Source of the DNA: a virus
Taxonomy: Duplodnaviria > Caudoviricetes
Length of the DNA: 64,000 nucleotides
Reading direction: 5' to 3' (one strand)
Virus record (IMG/VR): IMGVR_UViG_3300038679_000051
Span: 256,400-320,399 of that record
Numbering within the stretch: the stretch's first letter is position 1; every line of letters starts with the position of its first letter. Both the position numbers and the translations under genes were made by a program. Under the pieces are notes generated by a model. It ran no database searches. It worked only from the letters and a program-made list of their open reading frames with translations, and had not been told where the DNA came from. This document shows, in pieces, positions 20,016-28,905 of this stretch.

Positions 20016-21367
20016 CTGGTAGGAATCCACACAAGAAACTGATAATCCCTAAAAGAGAGATCAAACCGATCATCAAACAAGCATCGCAAGAAATCGAATT
20101 AAAACAAATACCAAGCGTGGTTGAGAAAAAGACAATTGCGATGATTAAATGTGTCTTTATTAGAGAAGATTGGCCGGAAAATAGGCGATTGATTAAGAAA
20201 TGTATCAAGGAGACATATGAACAGAATAGAGACGTTAGAATAATATTTGCCGTAGATGCAGCACCAGTAGAGGACAAAGAATGGTTGAAAACGATGGGTG
20301 AGGTAATAGAATTATCAGAGGGTAAACCACCGAGGATGAATTTATTGTTGGAAAAAGCAATCAATATGGTTGATGATGAATATGTCTGGACATGTGAGCA
20401 AGATGTTATTATTAGTAAAAGCGAGAGATTGAAAGCAGAAGAATTAGTCAGAAAATTACGTGATGATGTTTATGCATTAGAGATAAGATCTGTTGATGAG
20501 AATGGGTGGCCGACTTATCCATTTAAAAGAAGAAGAACCATTGAGAATGAAAAAATTGGTGGTTATGTTGTATGGTTAGATAGCAAGCATACTACGTTTT
20601 CTAGTGTGATATGGAAGACTAAATTTATGAAATTGATCGACTGGAAAGGATGTAGAACGCATTTATATTGTGATGTTGATGTAAGTTTGCAATTGCGACA
20701 AAGAGAATATAAGAATGCATTATGTGGCGACATCAAGTATGTTCATTATCCAAGTTTAAGTCGTAGACGATTTGATCACAATGAATTGATGCAAATCGGC
20801 ATAAAATATGGAACTGATAAGGCAATTGGTCATAATTATATAAAATATTATTATGAACTGTTTAAACATAAACGAAATGACGTCAAAAGGGTGGTTGAAA
20901 TTGGTGTTCATAAAGGTGCGTCATTGAGAATGTGGCAAGAATATTTTCCAAATGCACAAATTTATGGCTTTGATATCAAAGATTATGGTGATTATTTTAA
21001 TAAAACCGAAAAGAGAATCAAGACATATGTCGTTGATCAAACTGATTCAAAACGACTAAATGAGATTATGACAGAGATAGGAGAAGTTGATATAATTATA
21101 GATGATGGTTCGCATATTGACACTCACCAATTGATCAGTCTTAATGCATTATATAAATGGGTTAAACCTTTTGGATGTTATATAATCGAAGATATCAATC
21201 CAAAAGGTTATAATTATGGTGATAGATCAGAAAAGTTTATTGCATCATTTAATGATGATTTGATAGATAAAGATGTTGTATTAACGTTAAAACATAATAA
21301 AATTGAAGTTCATAATAATGAACCTGGTACATGCATGATAGCAATTTTCCATGTGCTCGTGAGGTGA
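20003..21367 (+). CDS. GT-A-like domain fused to sugar O-methyltransferase-like domain
   Basis: N-terminal domain is a close paralog of the 16756 N-terminus; C-terminal KYGTDK..HNY..VVEIGV..GASLRMWQEYFPNA.IYGFDI..DIIIDDGSH. Confidence 0.75.
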   Translation: MLTIAGRNPHKKLIIPKREIKPIIKQASQEIELKQIPSVVEKKTIAMIKCVFIREDWPENRRLIKKCIKETYEQNRDVRIIFAVDAAPVEDKEWLKTMGEVIELSEGKPPRMNLLLEKAINMVDDEYVWTCEQDVIISKSERLKAEELVRKLRDDVYALEIRSVDENGWPTYPFKRRRTIENEKIGGYVVWLDSKHTTFSSVIWKTKFMKLIDWKGCRTHLYCDVDVSLQLRQREYKNALCGDIKYVHYPSLSRRRFDHNELMQIGIKYGTDKAIGHNYIKYYYELFKHKRNDVKRVVEIGVHKGASLRMWQEYFPNAQIYGFDIKDYGDYFNKTEKRIKTYVVDQTDSKRLNEIMTEIGEVDIIIDDGSHIDTHQLISLNALYKWVKPFGCYIIEDINPKGYNYGDRSEKFIASFNDDLIDKDVVLTLKHNKIEVHNNEPGTCMIAIFHVLVR

Positions 21368-21369
21368 AA

Positions 21370-21891
21370 ATGGACACGAATGTTTTGAACTTTGTAAAAA
21401 AGTTGAATCTAAACGAAAACGAAAAGGTACTAGAAGTGGGGAGTTTAAACATCAATGGTACAGTACGTTCTGTCATTAAAAATAAAAACTATATTGGCAT
21501 AGATGCCGTTGCTGGAAATGGCGTTGATGTCGTCATGGATTTATTTGATATTGATATAAAGTTTGAAGTTGGTAGTTTCGACATTGTTGTTTCTTGCGAA
21601 TTACTAGAACATGTTGAGGATTGGTTTGGTGCCATACAAAAAATGTGGAAAATGTTAAGACCACAAGGACAGTTGGTTTTAACTACCCGTCGCCCTGGTT
21701 TTGGTTATCATGCTTATCCGAATGACTTTTGGCGGTTTACTACCTCTGATTTAAAAAAAGCATTTAAAAAGCAATATTGTCTAATTGAGGATCTTGATAA
21801 TTTTGGGATTGGTTGTTTGGTAATCAAGACAACAGAATCAATTGATAATAATAAATTTTCAATTGATTCTTTCATAAAACCATATCCCTAA
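21370..21891 (+). CDS. class I SAM-dependent methyltransferase (type 11-like)
   Basis: VLEVGSLNING..GID..GVDVV..FDIVVSCELLEHV..LRP.G..YH.YP.DFWRF; start 21370 after GAGG. Confidence 0.85.
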   Translation: MDTNVLNFVKKLNLNENEKVLEVGSLNINGTVRSVIKNKNYIGIDAVAGNGVDVVMDLFDIDIKFEVGSFDIVVSCELLEHVEDWFGAIQKMWKMLRPQGQLVLTTRRPGFGYHAYPNDFWRFTTSDLKKAFKKQYCLIEDLDNFGIGCLVIKTTESIDNNKFSIDSFIKPYP

Positions 21892-22662
21892 TTCAACATT
21901 GTCCGATGTGATGGCTTTACCGATAAATTTGTTCGTTGTCTGATCTAATTGCATATTTCCATGCTTATAACCATTTTTCCAAGTGACTGTAAAAGATGTT
22001 TTGTCTATGCTAAGTATTCCGACATACCCATTTGAGTGTGAGACATTCATCGATTTGTTGATTGTGACTATTCCATCATTGCATTTCCACTTACCAATTA
22101 TTTTAGTTATATCAATTTCATTTTTCTTAACATTTTCCACTTTTTTAGTGGTGGTTTCTTTCCCCGGATTGATTACGATCCTGCTTTCCAGTTCCAATAA
22201 TTTCTTATAACCGTCTTGATCTTTGTGTCTGATTTCTTCTGCCACTCGTTTCAGTTCTTTCTTTGCTTCTTCTACCGTCTCGATTGCTCGCTTCATTGTG
22301 CCGTCCACTTTGTCGGCTTTGGCGATGATGTTTGCACATTTCTCCAGCATTATGACCTCTTCGCGGGTCGTGGATAGGCGTCGGTTTTTGTGGAGGGATT
22401 CTTGTGCCGCTTTTGCGTCGTCTAGGGCACCCACGTAATCTTGTTCATCCAGTCTGATTTGGGCACGGATTGTCAATGCTTCGGGGTCGTCCCCCTTCAC
22501 TTTGATGGCGGCTTCGAGTAGTGCTTTAGCCGGTTCGAGTTGTTTCAGTTCGATCATCCTCTTGGCGGCGTCAACGGACGTCCGACAGATTTGCTCCGGC
22601 GTCTCACCAGCAAAACAACCAAAACAAGCAATTACCAATAGCATTGCAACCATTTTCATCAT
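21859..22662 (-). CDS. secreted/periplasmic TPR-containing protein
   Basis: Signal-peptide-like MMKMVAMLLVIACFGCFA; TPR-like EALTIRAQIRL..DY.GAL.DAK.A. Confidence 0.65.
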   Translation of the reverse strand: MMKMVAMLLVIACFGCFAGETPEQICRTSVDAAKRMIELKQLEPAKALLEAAIKVKGDDPEALTIRAQIRLDEQDYVGALDDAKAAQESLHKNRRLSTTREEVIMLEKCANIIAKADKVDGTMKRAIETVEEAKKELKRVAEEIRHKDQDGYKKLLELESRIVINPGKETTTKKVENVKKNEIDITKIIGKWKCNDGIVTINKSMNVSHSNGYVGILSIDKTSFTVTWKNGYKHGNMQLDQTTNKFIGKAITSDNVELGIWFYERIN

Positions 22663-22910
22663 CGTTTTGTTCTCCTAAAAAGGGGGTCCAAACATTAACG
22701 CCTCGTTCACCGTATTTTTTTAACACGACGGTAACGACCGTCAAGAATTTCAATACCGTCATTGTCTTGGTATCATCGAGTTTTTCTGTGATTGACCGGT
22801 TTATCAAACATACAATGAACACAATCGTGTTTAGATAAATTAGACAAAGGAGAGGGGCATGAATCCAAGGAAAAATTGGTAAGACGTTTATAAATCCAAT
22901 CGAAGAAGAA

Positions 22911-23300
22911 TTAATGTGATGGTTTGTGGTCAGTTTTTTCGTCTGGCATTTCACATGCATCCAGGAGTAAATGAACTACTCTCATGACTTCTGGGTTTGG
23001 TTCTGATTGTGACATACGTCGTTTGTGCCATGTCCAAATAATGTCTCCCTTAAAAACGCTGAACCAAACATAAAAGTTTGTTATTCCTCTACCTGGCTGT
23101 AATGTGAACCAATATTTAAACCAAACGATTGGTCCTTTAAAGAATGATGGTCTAAAGATTCCATTTTGTTCGAACCATGCTTTACTTTCTGCTTTCTTAA
23201 TCTTCCTATGTTTCCACCATTTAATAGGTTCAACCAGCAACGCTGGTTCATCTGATAGACAATGATGTTTAACGGCCTCTCTGATCTCGTCGTTGGTCAT
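22911..23300 (-). CDS. hypothetical protein (Trp-rich)
   Basis: GAGGAG RBS; uninterrupted ORF. Confidence 0.6.
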   Translation of the reverse strand: MTNDEIREAVKHHCLSDEPALLVEPIKWWKHRKIKKAESKAWFEQNGIFRPSFFKGPIVWFKYWFTLQPGRGITNFYVWFSVFKGDIIWTWHKRRMSQSEPNPEVMRVVHLLLDACEMPDEKTDHKPSH

Positions 23301-23365
23301 TTTGCATTCTCCTCTGGTTTTCTATATTCTTTTGGATTGAGCCGTCAATTATCCATTATAATGTT

Positions 23366-23974
23366 TTAATGTCGAATATTTAGAAAGGCGTCTGCTTCAA
23401 TCCGTTGGTTTTTATCCGACAACCAATGATTTTTGGCTCTAACGTCATCGGTCACTACGTTTAATTGTGATGCCAATTTTTCTTTGGTCCATCCTGACGG
23501 TAGATCACCGCCAAAACCTATTGCCCATTTTTGTGGGCCGACGTTCAACACTCTACCACGTGGATAAGCCATCCATAATTTCTTAAAATCGTCAGTTGCC
23601 GTCTTTTTAAATGAGTTGGCGACGATGTCGGCAGCAGCGTTGCGCCATAACGTTGCATGTGAGTTACATTTGAAATATTCTTCTTCAAAGAATATCACCC
23701 GCCAGTCATGTTTATCCGGCACAATCCAGAACAATGCTTCTACTGCTCTAGCTTCCATGATCGTCGCCAAATACGTCATCCTTATGCCGCGTCTGGCGCG
23801 TTCATTCGACGTCGGTATGTCGTCATATAATTCTTTCAATTCAGTTGGAAGTAATTTTGGGTCAATGTCGTCATATAACGTGTCGATTTTGGTCGTTTCA
23901 GTGATTTTTACCTTATTTGGATCAATGCTGCCATTCTCATTTAAGACGTCATCATATAATGATTCCAATTTCAT
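23366..23974 (-). CDS. hypothetical protein, H-x-x-L/PRGR paralog family
   Basis: Start MKLESLYDDVLNE after a GAGG RBS; clear paralog of 26224. Confidence 0.7.
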   Translation of the reverse strand: MKLESLYDDVLNENGSIDPNKVKITETTKIDTLYDDIDPKLLPTELKELYDDIPTSNERARRGIRMTYLATIMEARAVEALFWIVPDKHDWRVIFFEEEYFKCNSHATLWRNAAADIVANSFKKTATDDFKKLWMAYPRGRVLNVGPQKWAIGFGGDLPSGWTKEKLASQLNVVTDDVRAKNHWLSDKNQRIEADAFLNIRH

Positions 23975-23989
23975 GTTTCCTCTGTTCAC

Positions 23990-24571
23990 CTAATCAGTTA
24001 GGTCTTTGGATGGGCTTGATATAATCTCGTCATATAATTGTAATTGTTTTGGCGCAAGACGATATTTTGATAAATCTAATGCACCAACGCTTTTAAAGAT
24101 ACGTTCAATACCGGCTAGGTCACTCCTCCTAGCTGAAATCAACTTCATTGCCGTTAATCCTGCCGCTGATGCTACGGGAATGCCGTTTTCTGTTGTTGCC
24201 TCGGCAAAAACTTGTGTGACGACATGCTCAGGGATTTTAATGAATGCGGCAGTCAACACTTCGACTTCGACGTTTGTAATGCGATGCTCAAATGAATGTC
24301 TTCGGTGATGTTTAAACGTCTTTAATGTGTCGTGCATCAGATCTATCGCCGATTCATTCATAACTAGAACGTCTATGTCTTGGGTTCCGGTCGGTATGGC
24401 TCGATGTCCGACTGCTAGCCCACCGACGAGGACCCATGGCGTTGACGTGCCTATTTCATTGGCGAAATCTTGCAATGTTCGTTTGAGAACGTTGGCACCA
24501 TCTTCGGTGAGCGATCTTACCGTATCGGCAATTCCAAGTGATTCATATAATGTGCGCATTCTCATGGTCAT
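23990..24571 (-). CDS. nucleotidyltransferase (Pol-beta superfamily, DUF6036/AbiEii-like)
   Basis: WVLVGGLAVGHRAIPTGTQDIDVLV..VEVL..L.AMKL..R.SD. Confidence 0.75.
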   Translation of the reverse strand: MTMRMRTLYESLGIADTVRSLTEDGANVLKRTLQDFANEIGTSTPWVLVGGLAVGHRAIPTGTQDIDVLVMNESAIDLMHDTLKTFKHHRRHSFEHRITNVEVEVLTAAFIKIPEHVVTQVFAEATTENGIPVASAAGLTAMKLISARRSDLAGIERIFKSVGALDLSKYRLAPKQLQLYDEIISSPSKDLTD

Positions 24572-24593
24572 ATTCCCCTTAAGTTAAACACAT

Positions 24594-25088
24594 TTATTGA
24601 TACGTAATTGGTCCGATGATTTGTTGGATTTGTTCTTTGTCTGATTCACTCATTTTTTCGTGATCGACCACTTCAATTTTGACTTTATTTTCCAACGCCA
24701 ATCTCGTGAGATCGAATCTGCCGATGATTTTCTTTAATTCCGATTCTTTAGACAACGACGATGGGAAATCATCACCGTGATAAATGGTGAAATTTCCCGT
24801 TGGTCGTCCTAGCGCCAAGTCTTTTACGTCAATGCGTCCACGAGGCATGCCATAGGCGACGTCTTTGAGTCTTTCCGTCTGGTCGTCGTCCAATCCATGA
24901 TGCTTCGCTACGTCTTCCGCCAATACGGCATTCCACACTTCATAATGTGACCAATTCTTGTCCTCCGTCAACGGCATGGTCCACAATTTCCAGTGTGGTT
25001 TGAGCCACAAATAATACCAAATGCCGATTTTGGGCGTAGAATCTTCCTTGATTCCAAACGTCCGTTCAAGTTTTTCATGTAGGTTCAT
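24594..25088 (-). CDS. hypothetical protein, PRGR paralog family
   Basis: SHYEVW..GMPRGRID..IYHGDDFP matches the 23974/26224 motif order. Confidence 0.65.
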   Translation of the reverse strand: MNLHEKLERTFGIKEDSTPKIGIWYYLWLKPHWKLWTMPLTEDKNWSHYEVWNAVLAEDVAKHHGLDDDQTERLKDVAYGMPRGRIDVKDLALGRPTGNFTIYHGDDFPSSLSKESELKKIIGRFDLTRLALENKVKIEVVDHEKMSESDKEQIQQIIGPITYQ

Positions 25089-25091
25089 CGT

Positions 25092-25604
25092 TCACCATCC
25101 TTGAGCGACGTCGAATGCCAGAGCAAGATGTTCATCGTCATTGGCACCGAAGATTTTGGTGACATCCTCAATTAAGCCGTTCTTCAACAGGTTTTCTATG
25201 GCGATCTTGACGAATTCTCGCTTACGCAACAATTCATTTACATCTTCCCAGAAGATTACGTCACCGTCCAGTTTCCTTTTAACGATTCCACGGACGACGT
25301 AATCATCCGTGGGTTTGGGGTCGTCAATAGATTTAGACAAACCGGCGGCATACAAAAGTGCACTATGGCTTATAGAACCTAAATTGATCGGCTCGTCAGT
25401 CTTAATCATGGTGGCGTCAAGATAGATGCCCTTTTTGGTTACGCCGAAGGCGACGTCGTTAACGTCGTGGTGGTCGGACGGTATGAATGCTTCGGACAGA
25501 ATGTTTCTAGAACGTCGTAATTTTTTGACGTTTACATATGATTCATAACACTTTTCCGGATTTCTGGCTATCAGACACCCATTGAGCATCCGTGAAATCT
25601 TCAT
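25092..25604 (-). CDS. hypothetical protein
   Basis: SHSALL..VVRG..IFW; possibly a distant member of the same family. Confidence 0.6.
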   Translation of the reverse strand: MKISRMLNGCLIARNPEKCYESYVNVKKLRRSRNILSEAFIPSDHHDVNDVAFGVTKKGIYLDATMIKTDEPINLGSISHSALLYAAGLSKSIDDPKPTDDYVVRGIVKRKLDGDVIFWEDVNELLRKREFVKIAIENLLKNGLIEDVTKIFGANDDEHLALAFDVAQGW

Positions 25605-26224
25605 TAGATTCCTAAAAAATCATCAGCAATTTTGCGGCTTTGTGTGTTAGCCGTCCAATGACTGCCGTATTCAAACGATGAGTTCGCTGTACCGACGCCG
25701 AGACTCGACATCAATTTTGTTTCATTCCAACCCGCTGGATAGTCTTTACCAAATCCTATCCACCACTTGTTGAATTCATTGGGAATGCTAACCAACCTAC
25801 CTCTTGGGTAAGCATTATATAATTCCAGAAATTCATCCGTCGGTTCTTTCCCAAATGACGTTGCGACTAGCCTTCCGGCATGCGCCCTCCACAGTGCCTT
25901 ATGTTCCTGATACAAGGAGAAATGATTTCTGGAGAAGAATATCGTCCGCCAGGCACCTTTCCCATCCGGCACGACCCAAAACAATCCATCGGTCGCTTTT
26001 TCCTCAAAGAGGACGGCGTACGTTCTGCGGAACGATTGCTGGTCTTCAGTCTTCATCTTATCGTGTAAACGCTTAAGTTCTTCTGGCAACAATGATGGAT
26101 GTACGTCATATGTGTCTTCTAATGTAGAACCTTTGACGCCATCGACATGTGGTGCACCCAATTTCGTCGGATCAACGTGTCCATTCTCGTCGAGGAATTT
26201 GTCATACAATGAGTCGAGTTTCAT
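25604..26224 (-). CDS. hypothetical protein, H-x-x-L/PRGR paralog family
   Basis: MKLDSLYDKFLDE..LFWVVPD..EHKALW..AYPRGRL..IGFG.D.P.GW. Confidence 0.7.
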   Translation of the reverse strand: MKLDSLYDKFLDENGHVDPTKLGAPHVDGVKGSTLEDTYDVHPSLLPEELKRLHDKMKTEDQQSFRRTYAVLFEEKATDGLFWVVPDGKGAWRTIFFSRNHFSLYQEHKALWRAHAGRLVATSFGKEPTDEFLELYNAYPRGRLVSIPNEFNKWWIGFGKDYPAGWNETKLMSSLGVGTANSSFEYGSHWTANTQSRKIADDFLGI

Positions 26225-26252
26225 GGGCTTGTCTCCTTTTCTGTTTTAGTTT

Positions 26253-26259
26253 ATGTTTG
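26253..26259 (-). promoter_or_regulatory. putative late promoter variant (CAAACAT)
   Basis: Upstream of the AAGGAG RBS of 26224. Confidence 0.4.
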
Positions 26260-26278
26260 TGAAATGACTTGTCAATTA

Positions 26279-26641
26279 TCAAATCATTGGGCCAGTTTGC
26301 ACGTCAGTCTTATACTCTTGAATGTCAAAATATTCAAATAATGTCCCTTCACTTATTTCCCACTCCGCTGTGTTGCAATCGGGCACGTGTGCGTGTCTTG
26401 GATATAATGGTCGTAGAACATAAACGTTTATGTCTGCGATGCCTTTTTCTGCTGGCGTAATCTTAGTCTGGTTGGTTATACCAATAAATCTATTGACTAC
26501 AAACCATCGTGATCCAATTAATTCATTCCATCTAAGATATACGTTCTTCATAACTAATACTGAACCTACATCGAGATGATTTAGGTTCTCATATGTCGGT
26601 TCTTTCATTTCATAAATTGGTGTCGGTGGGCATTGGCTCAT
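26279..26641 (-). CDS. hypothetical protein
   Basis: ORF fills the gap within the minus-strand block. Confidence 0.55.
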   Translation of the reverse strand: MSQCPPTPIYEMKEPTYENLNHLDVGSVLVMKNVYLRWNELIGSRWFVVNRFIGITNQTKITPAEKGIADINVYVLRPLYPRHAHVPDCNTAEWEISEGTLFEYFDIQEYKTDVQTGPMI

Positions 26642-26643
26642 GT

Positions 26644-27060
26644 TTATATCTCATCTGCGATTTTGTCAATGTCCGTCTTGTCTCTGTCTCGTTTCCCTTC
26701 TTCGTTTTTCTCGATTTCTCTCATCCCTGTCTCATCCGTCTCTTCTGTTTCCTCTGTTTCCTCTGCTTCTGTTCCCATCTTTTCTTCTGCTTCTTTTTCG
26801 CCTTTGGCTAGAAGTTCGGTTTCATCATCTTCGTACATTCTAAGCAATTTTTGGAATTCGCCGACGTGTACTTGTTCTTCATTGGCTACATCCTTCATAA
26901 TCTTTTTGACATTCTCATCGTCGACATATTCGGCGATGGTGTCATAGATGTGTATGGCTTCCTGCTCAGCGCACAATGACAGTCTCAGGGCACTTATTAA
27001 TTCTTGTTTGGTGATTACGTCGCCCGGTTTCTTGTGTTTGAATGGGTTTACGAAATCCAT
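26644..27060 (-). CDS. ferritin-like / rubrerythrin-family diiron protein
   Basis: ALRLSLCAEQEAIHIY..V..IM.DVANEEQVHVGEF (E, ExxH diiron ligands); acidic tail. Confidence 0.85.
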   Translation of the reverse strand: MDFVNPFKHKKPGDVITKQELISALRLSLCAEQEAIHIYDTIAEYVDDENVKKIMKDVANEEQVHVGEFQKLLRMYEDDETELLAKGEKEAEEKMGTEAEETEETEETDETGMREIEKNEEGKRDRDKTDIDKIADEI

Positions 27061-27061
27061 G

Positions 27062-27481
27062 TCATTCTCCTATTTCGATGGGTTTGTGCACTGATGCGGT
27101 CATCTTCAATGGTACATACATTCTATTGATGACGTCGTCATGTATGCGTCGCAATACGCGCAATATGTGGGACTTAGATGAATTTTCAGCGGGTGAATCT
27201 TTTATTGATTTAATTATTTTCATATATTCATTTTCTATTCTGTCATGTATGTCTTCATAATTATACTCTTCGCGTAGATTTGCGCCAATTTCACCATTCA
27301 ATTTGGTTAATATTTCTTTAACGATTGGTGCAACTTCACGATGGATTTTAGCCAGCTCTATTAATTCCTCGCCGAATCTTTTGGCTGATGCCCTATATAA
27401 TTCAAGCGACTCCCTACCTATGCTTATCGGGGCCAATCTTCTTGAAATTGCTTCATTTAGTCTTTTTTCAAAGTTAGTCAT
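27062..27481 (-). CDS. hypothetical protein
   Basis: AGGAG-like spacing; N-terminus MTNFEKRLNEA. Confidence 0.6.
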   Translation of the reverse strand: MTNFEKRLNEAISRRLAPISIGRESLELYRASAKRFGEELIELAKIHREVAPIVKEILTKLNGEIGANLREEYNYEDIHDRIENEYMKIIKSIKDSPAENSSKSHILRVLRRIHDDVINRMYVPLKMTASVHKPIEIGE

Positions 27482-28125
27482 ATCTTATTTTTGATGATGG
27501 TGAATTCGTCATAAATGCATTTTTGTAGACTATACAACGTATTTGGTTTGTCTTCGATTTCATCAAAATTGAAGTCAATGACCCCAGTTCCACTAGATGA
27601 TTCAATTTGGCGTGGTCTACCGTCTATGGTGTCTTGATCGATTTTCTGTTTTGGCGTTAGACCATGTTTTTTTCTAAAATCCTGTTCGACGTTGAGTCTG
27701 CGCATTTCCAACCAAATCAGTTGCAATTCATCTTCAGATATGGTCTCAAGTTCTTTCATACGTTGTCTTATTGCATCAACCCGTGCTGAATGAACGTACT
27801 TTTGTGAATCAAGCAATTCTTTGTTGATGAATTTCGACCAATGTTCGACAATCTCTTTCCCTGCCGGTGGTTTAAATTTAAACAATGACGACGTCTTTCG
27901 AAGACGAATGTCATTTCTTTCTCGCATGTGTTCAAAATTGATTATTGACCAGAGGGCGGTGACTGCAATCCTGGCTTCCGCCTCATCTACATCGCCTTTT
28001 TGCCATGATGCAATCGTTTTGGCATTGAAATCAATTAAATATTCATTTATCGGATCTAATTTATGGCACGTCCTAATTTCGGCGATCTCAGCCATTAAAA
28101 TTGGATAGTCATTCAAATCAAGCAT
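27478..28125 (-). CDS. hypothetical protein
   Basis: AGGAG RBS; coupled to the downstream gene. Confidence 0.6.
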   Translation of the reverse strand: MLDLNDYPILMAEIAEIRTCHKLDPINEYLIDFNAKTIASWQKGDVDEAEARIAVTALWSIINFEHMRERNDIRLRKTSSLFKFKPPAGKEIVEHWSKFINKELLDSQKYVHSARVDAIRQRMKELETISEDELQLIWLEMRRLNVEQDFRKKHGLTPKQKIDQDTIDGRPRQIESSSGTGVIDFNFDEIEDKPNTLYSLQKCIYDEFTIIKNKI

Positions 28126-28160
28126 GAGCCAATCTCCTGCTGCGTTTTATCGATTGGCTG

Positions 28161-28167
28161 ATGTTTG
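28161..28167 (-). promoter_or_regulatory. putative late promoter variant (CAAACAT)
   Basis: Upstream of 28125. Confidence 0.4.
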
Positions 28168-28173
28168 TCAATG

Positions 28174-28848
28174 TTAATTTTTGTTTTTTAGTGCGTTTCT
28201 GATGGCATTCCCAAGCTGCATTTTAGCCAGTCCGGCGTGTCGTTTGGCGATTTCGTCAGCGTTGGTTACACCCAATTCTTTAGCCCATTTATGAATTGCC
28301 GCCAAATCCATTCCCTTTAATTTGAGAGATAATTCGTCTTGCACTTTTTTCGGTTTGACTTTCTGCAATACCTGAGGTGCTTCTTTCGAAACAATGACGT
28401 TTTCGGGCATTGGTTTAGTCTCGGTGATGATTTCCTTATTTTGAGTCACTTTCTTCTCCTTCTCTTTTTTGGCGCTGGTGATTGTGCTGACTTGGCACAA
28501 TGCAATTGCTCTCTCACGTTCAATCCTTACTTTTGTCGGTTCTTTCCCACCATCGCTCTTCCAGAGATGTTCAGCATCACGTGCCATTAACGTATATGCT
28601 ATGGCCATCTCTAAATGTTTCCTATTTGACGACAATGGCTTCCCATTTAAATACTTCTCATATAATAAGGGTAAGGCTTCCATTTTCAACAATCGCAATT
28701 CATGGAGTACTTTCTGTATTCTGTTCATGTCGGTTATTGGCTGATCAAACACTGCAAACTTGTCCATTACTTGTGTCCTTTCAGAAATCGTATCGTTCAT
28801 TCTATCTCTTTCTTTTCGTCTTTGGGTCTCTTTTGGTATCATCTTCAT
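28174..28848 (-). CDS. hypothetical basic protein
   Basis: Long K/E-rich ORF, divergent from 28906. Confidence 0.6.
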   Translation of the reverse strand: MKMIPKETQRRKERDRMNDTISERTQVMDKFAVFDQPITDMNRIQKVLHELRLLKMEALPLLYEKYLNGKPLSSNRKHLEMAIAYTLMARDAEHLWKSDGGKEPTKVRIERERAIALCQVSTITSAKKEKEKKVTQNKEIITETKPMPENVIVSKEAPQVLQKVKPKKVQDELSLKLKGMDLAAIHKWAKELGVTNADEIAKRHAGLAKMQLGNAIRNALKNKN

Positions 28849-28905
28849 GTAAAAATACGTTCATCATTTGTTCCGTAAAATATATAACAAAGGAGGAACA
28901 AAATC

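Noticed and set aside
16155-20364. Similar antisense ORFs (16155-16682 and 19999-20364) suggesting a repeated gene
   Set aside because: They mirror the duplicated GT domain on the opposite strands.
22604-22960. 118-aa minus-strand ORF with a hydrophobic stretch
   Set aside because: Overlaps both neighbours and has no RBS; the gap also holds a GACGGT-N4-ACCGTC palindrome and a promoter-like motif, so it may be regulatory. Not supportable as a gene.
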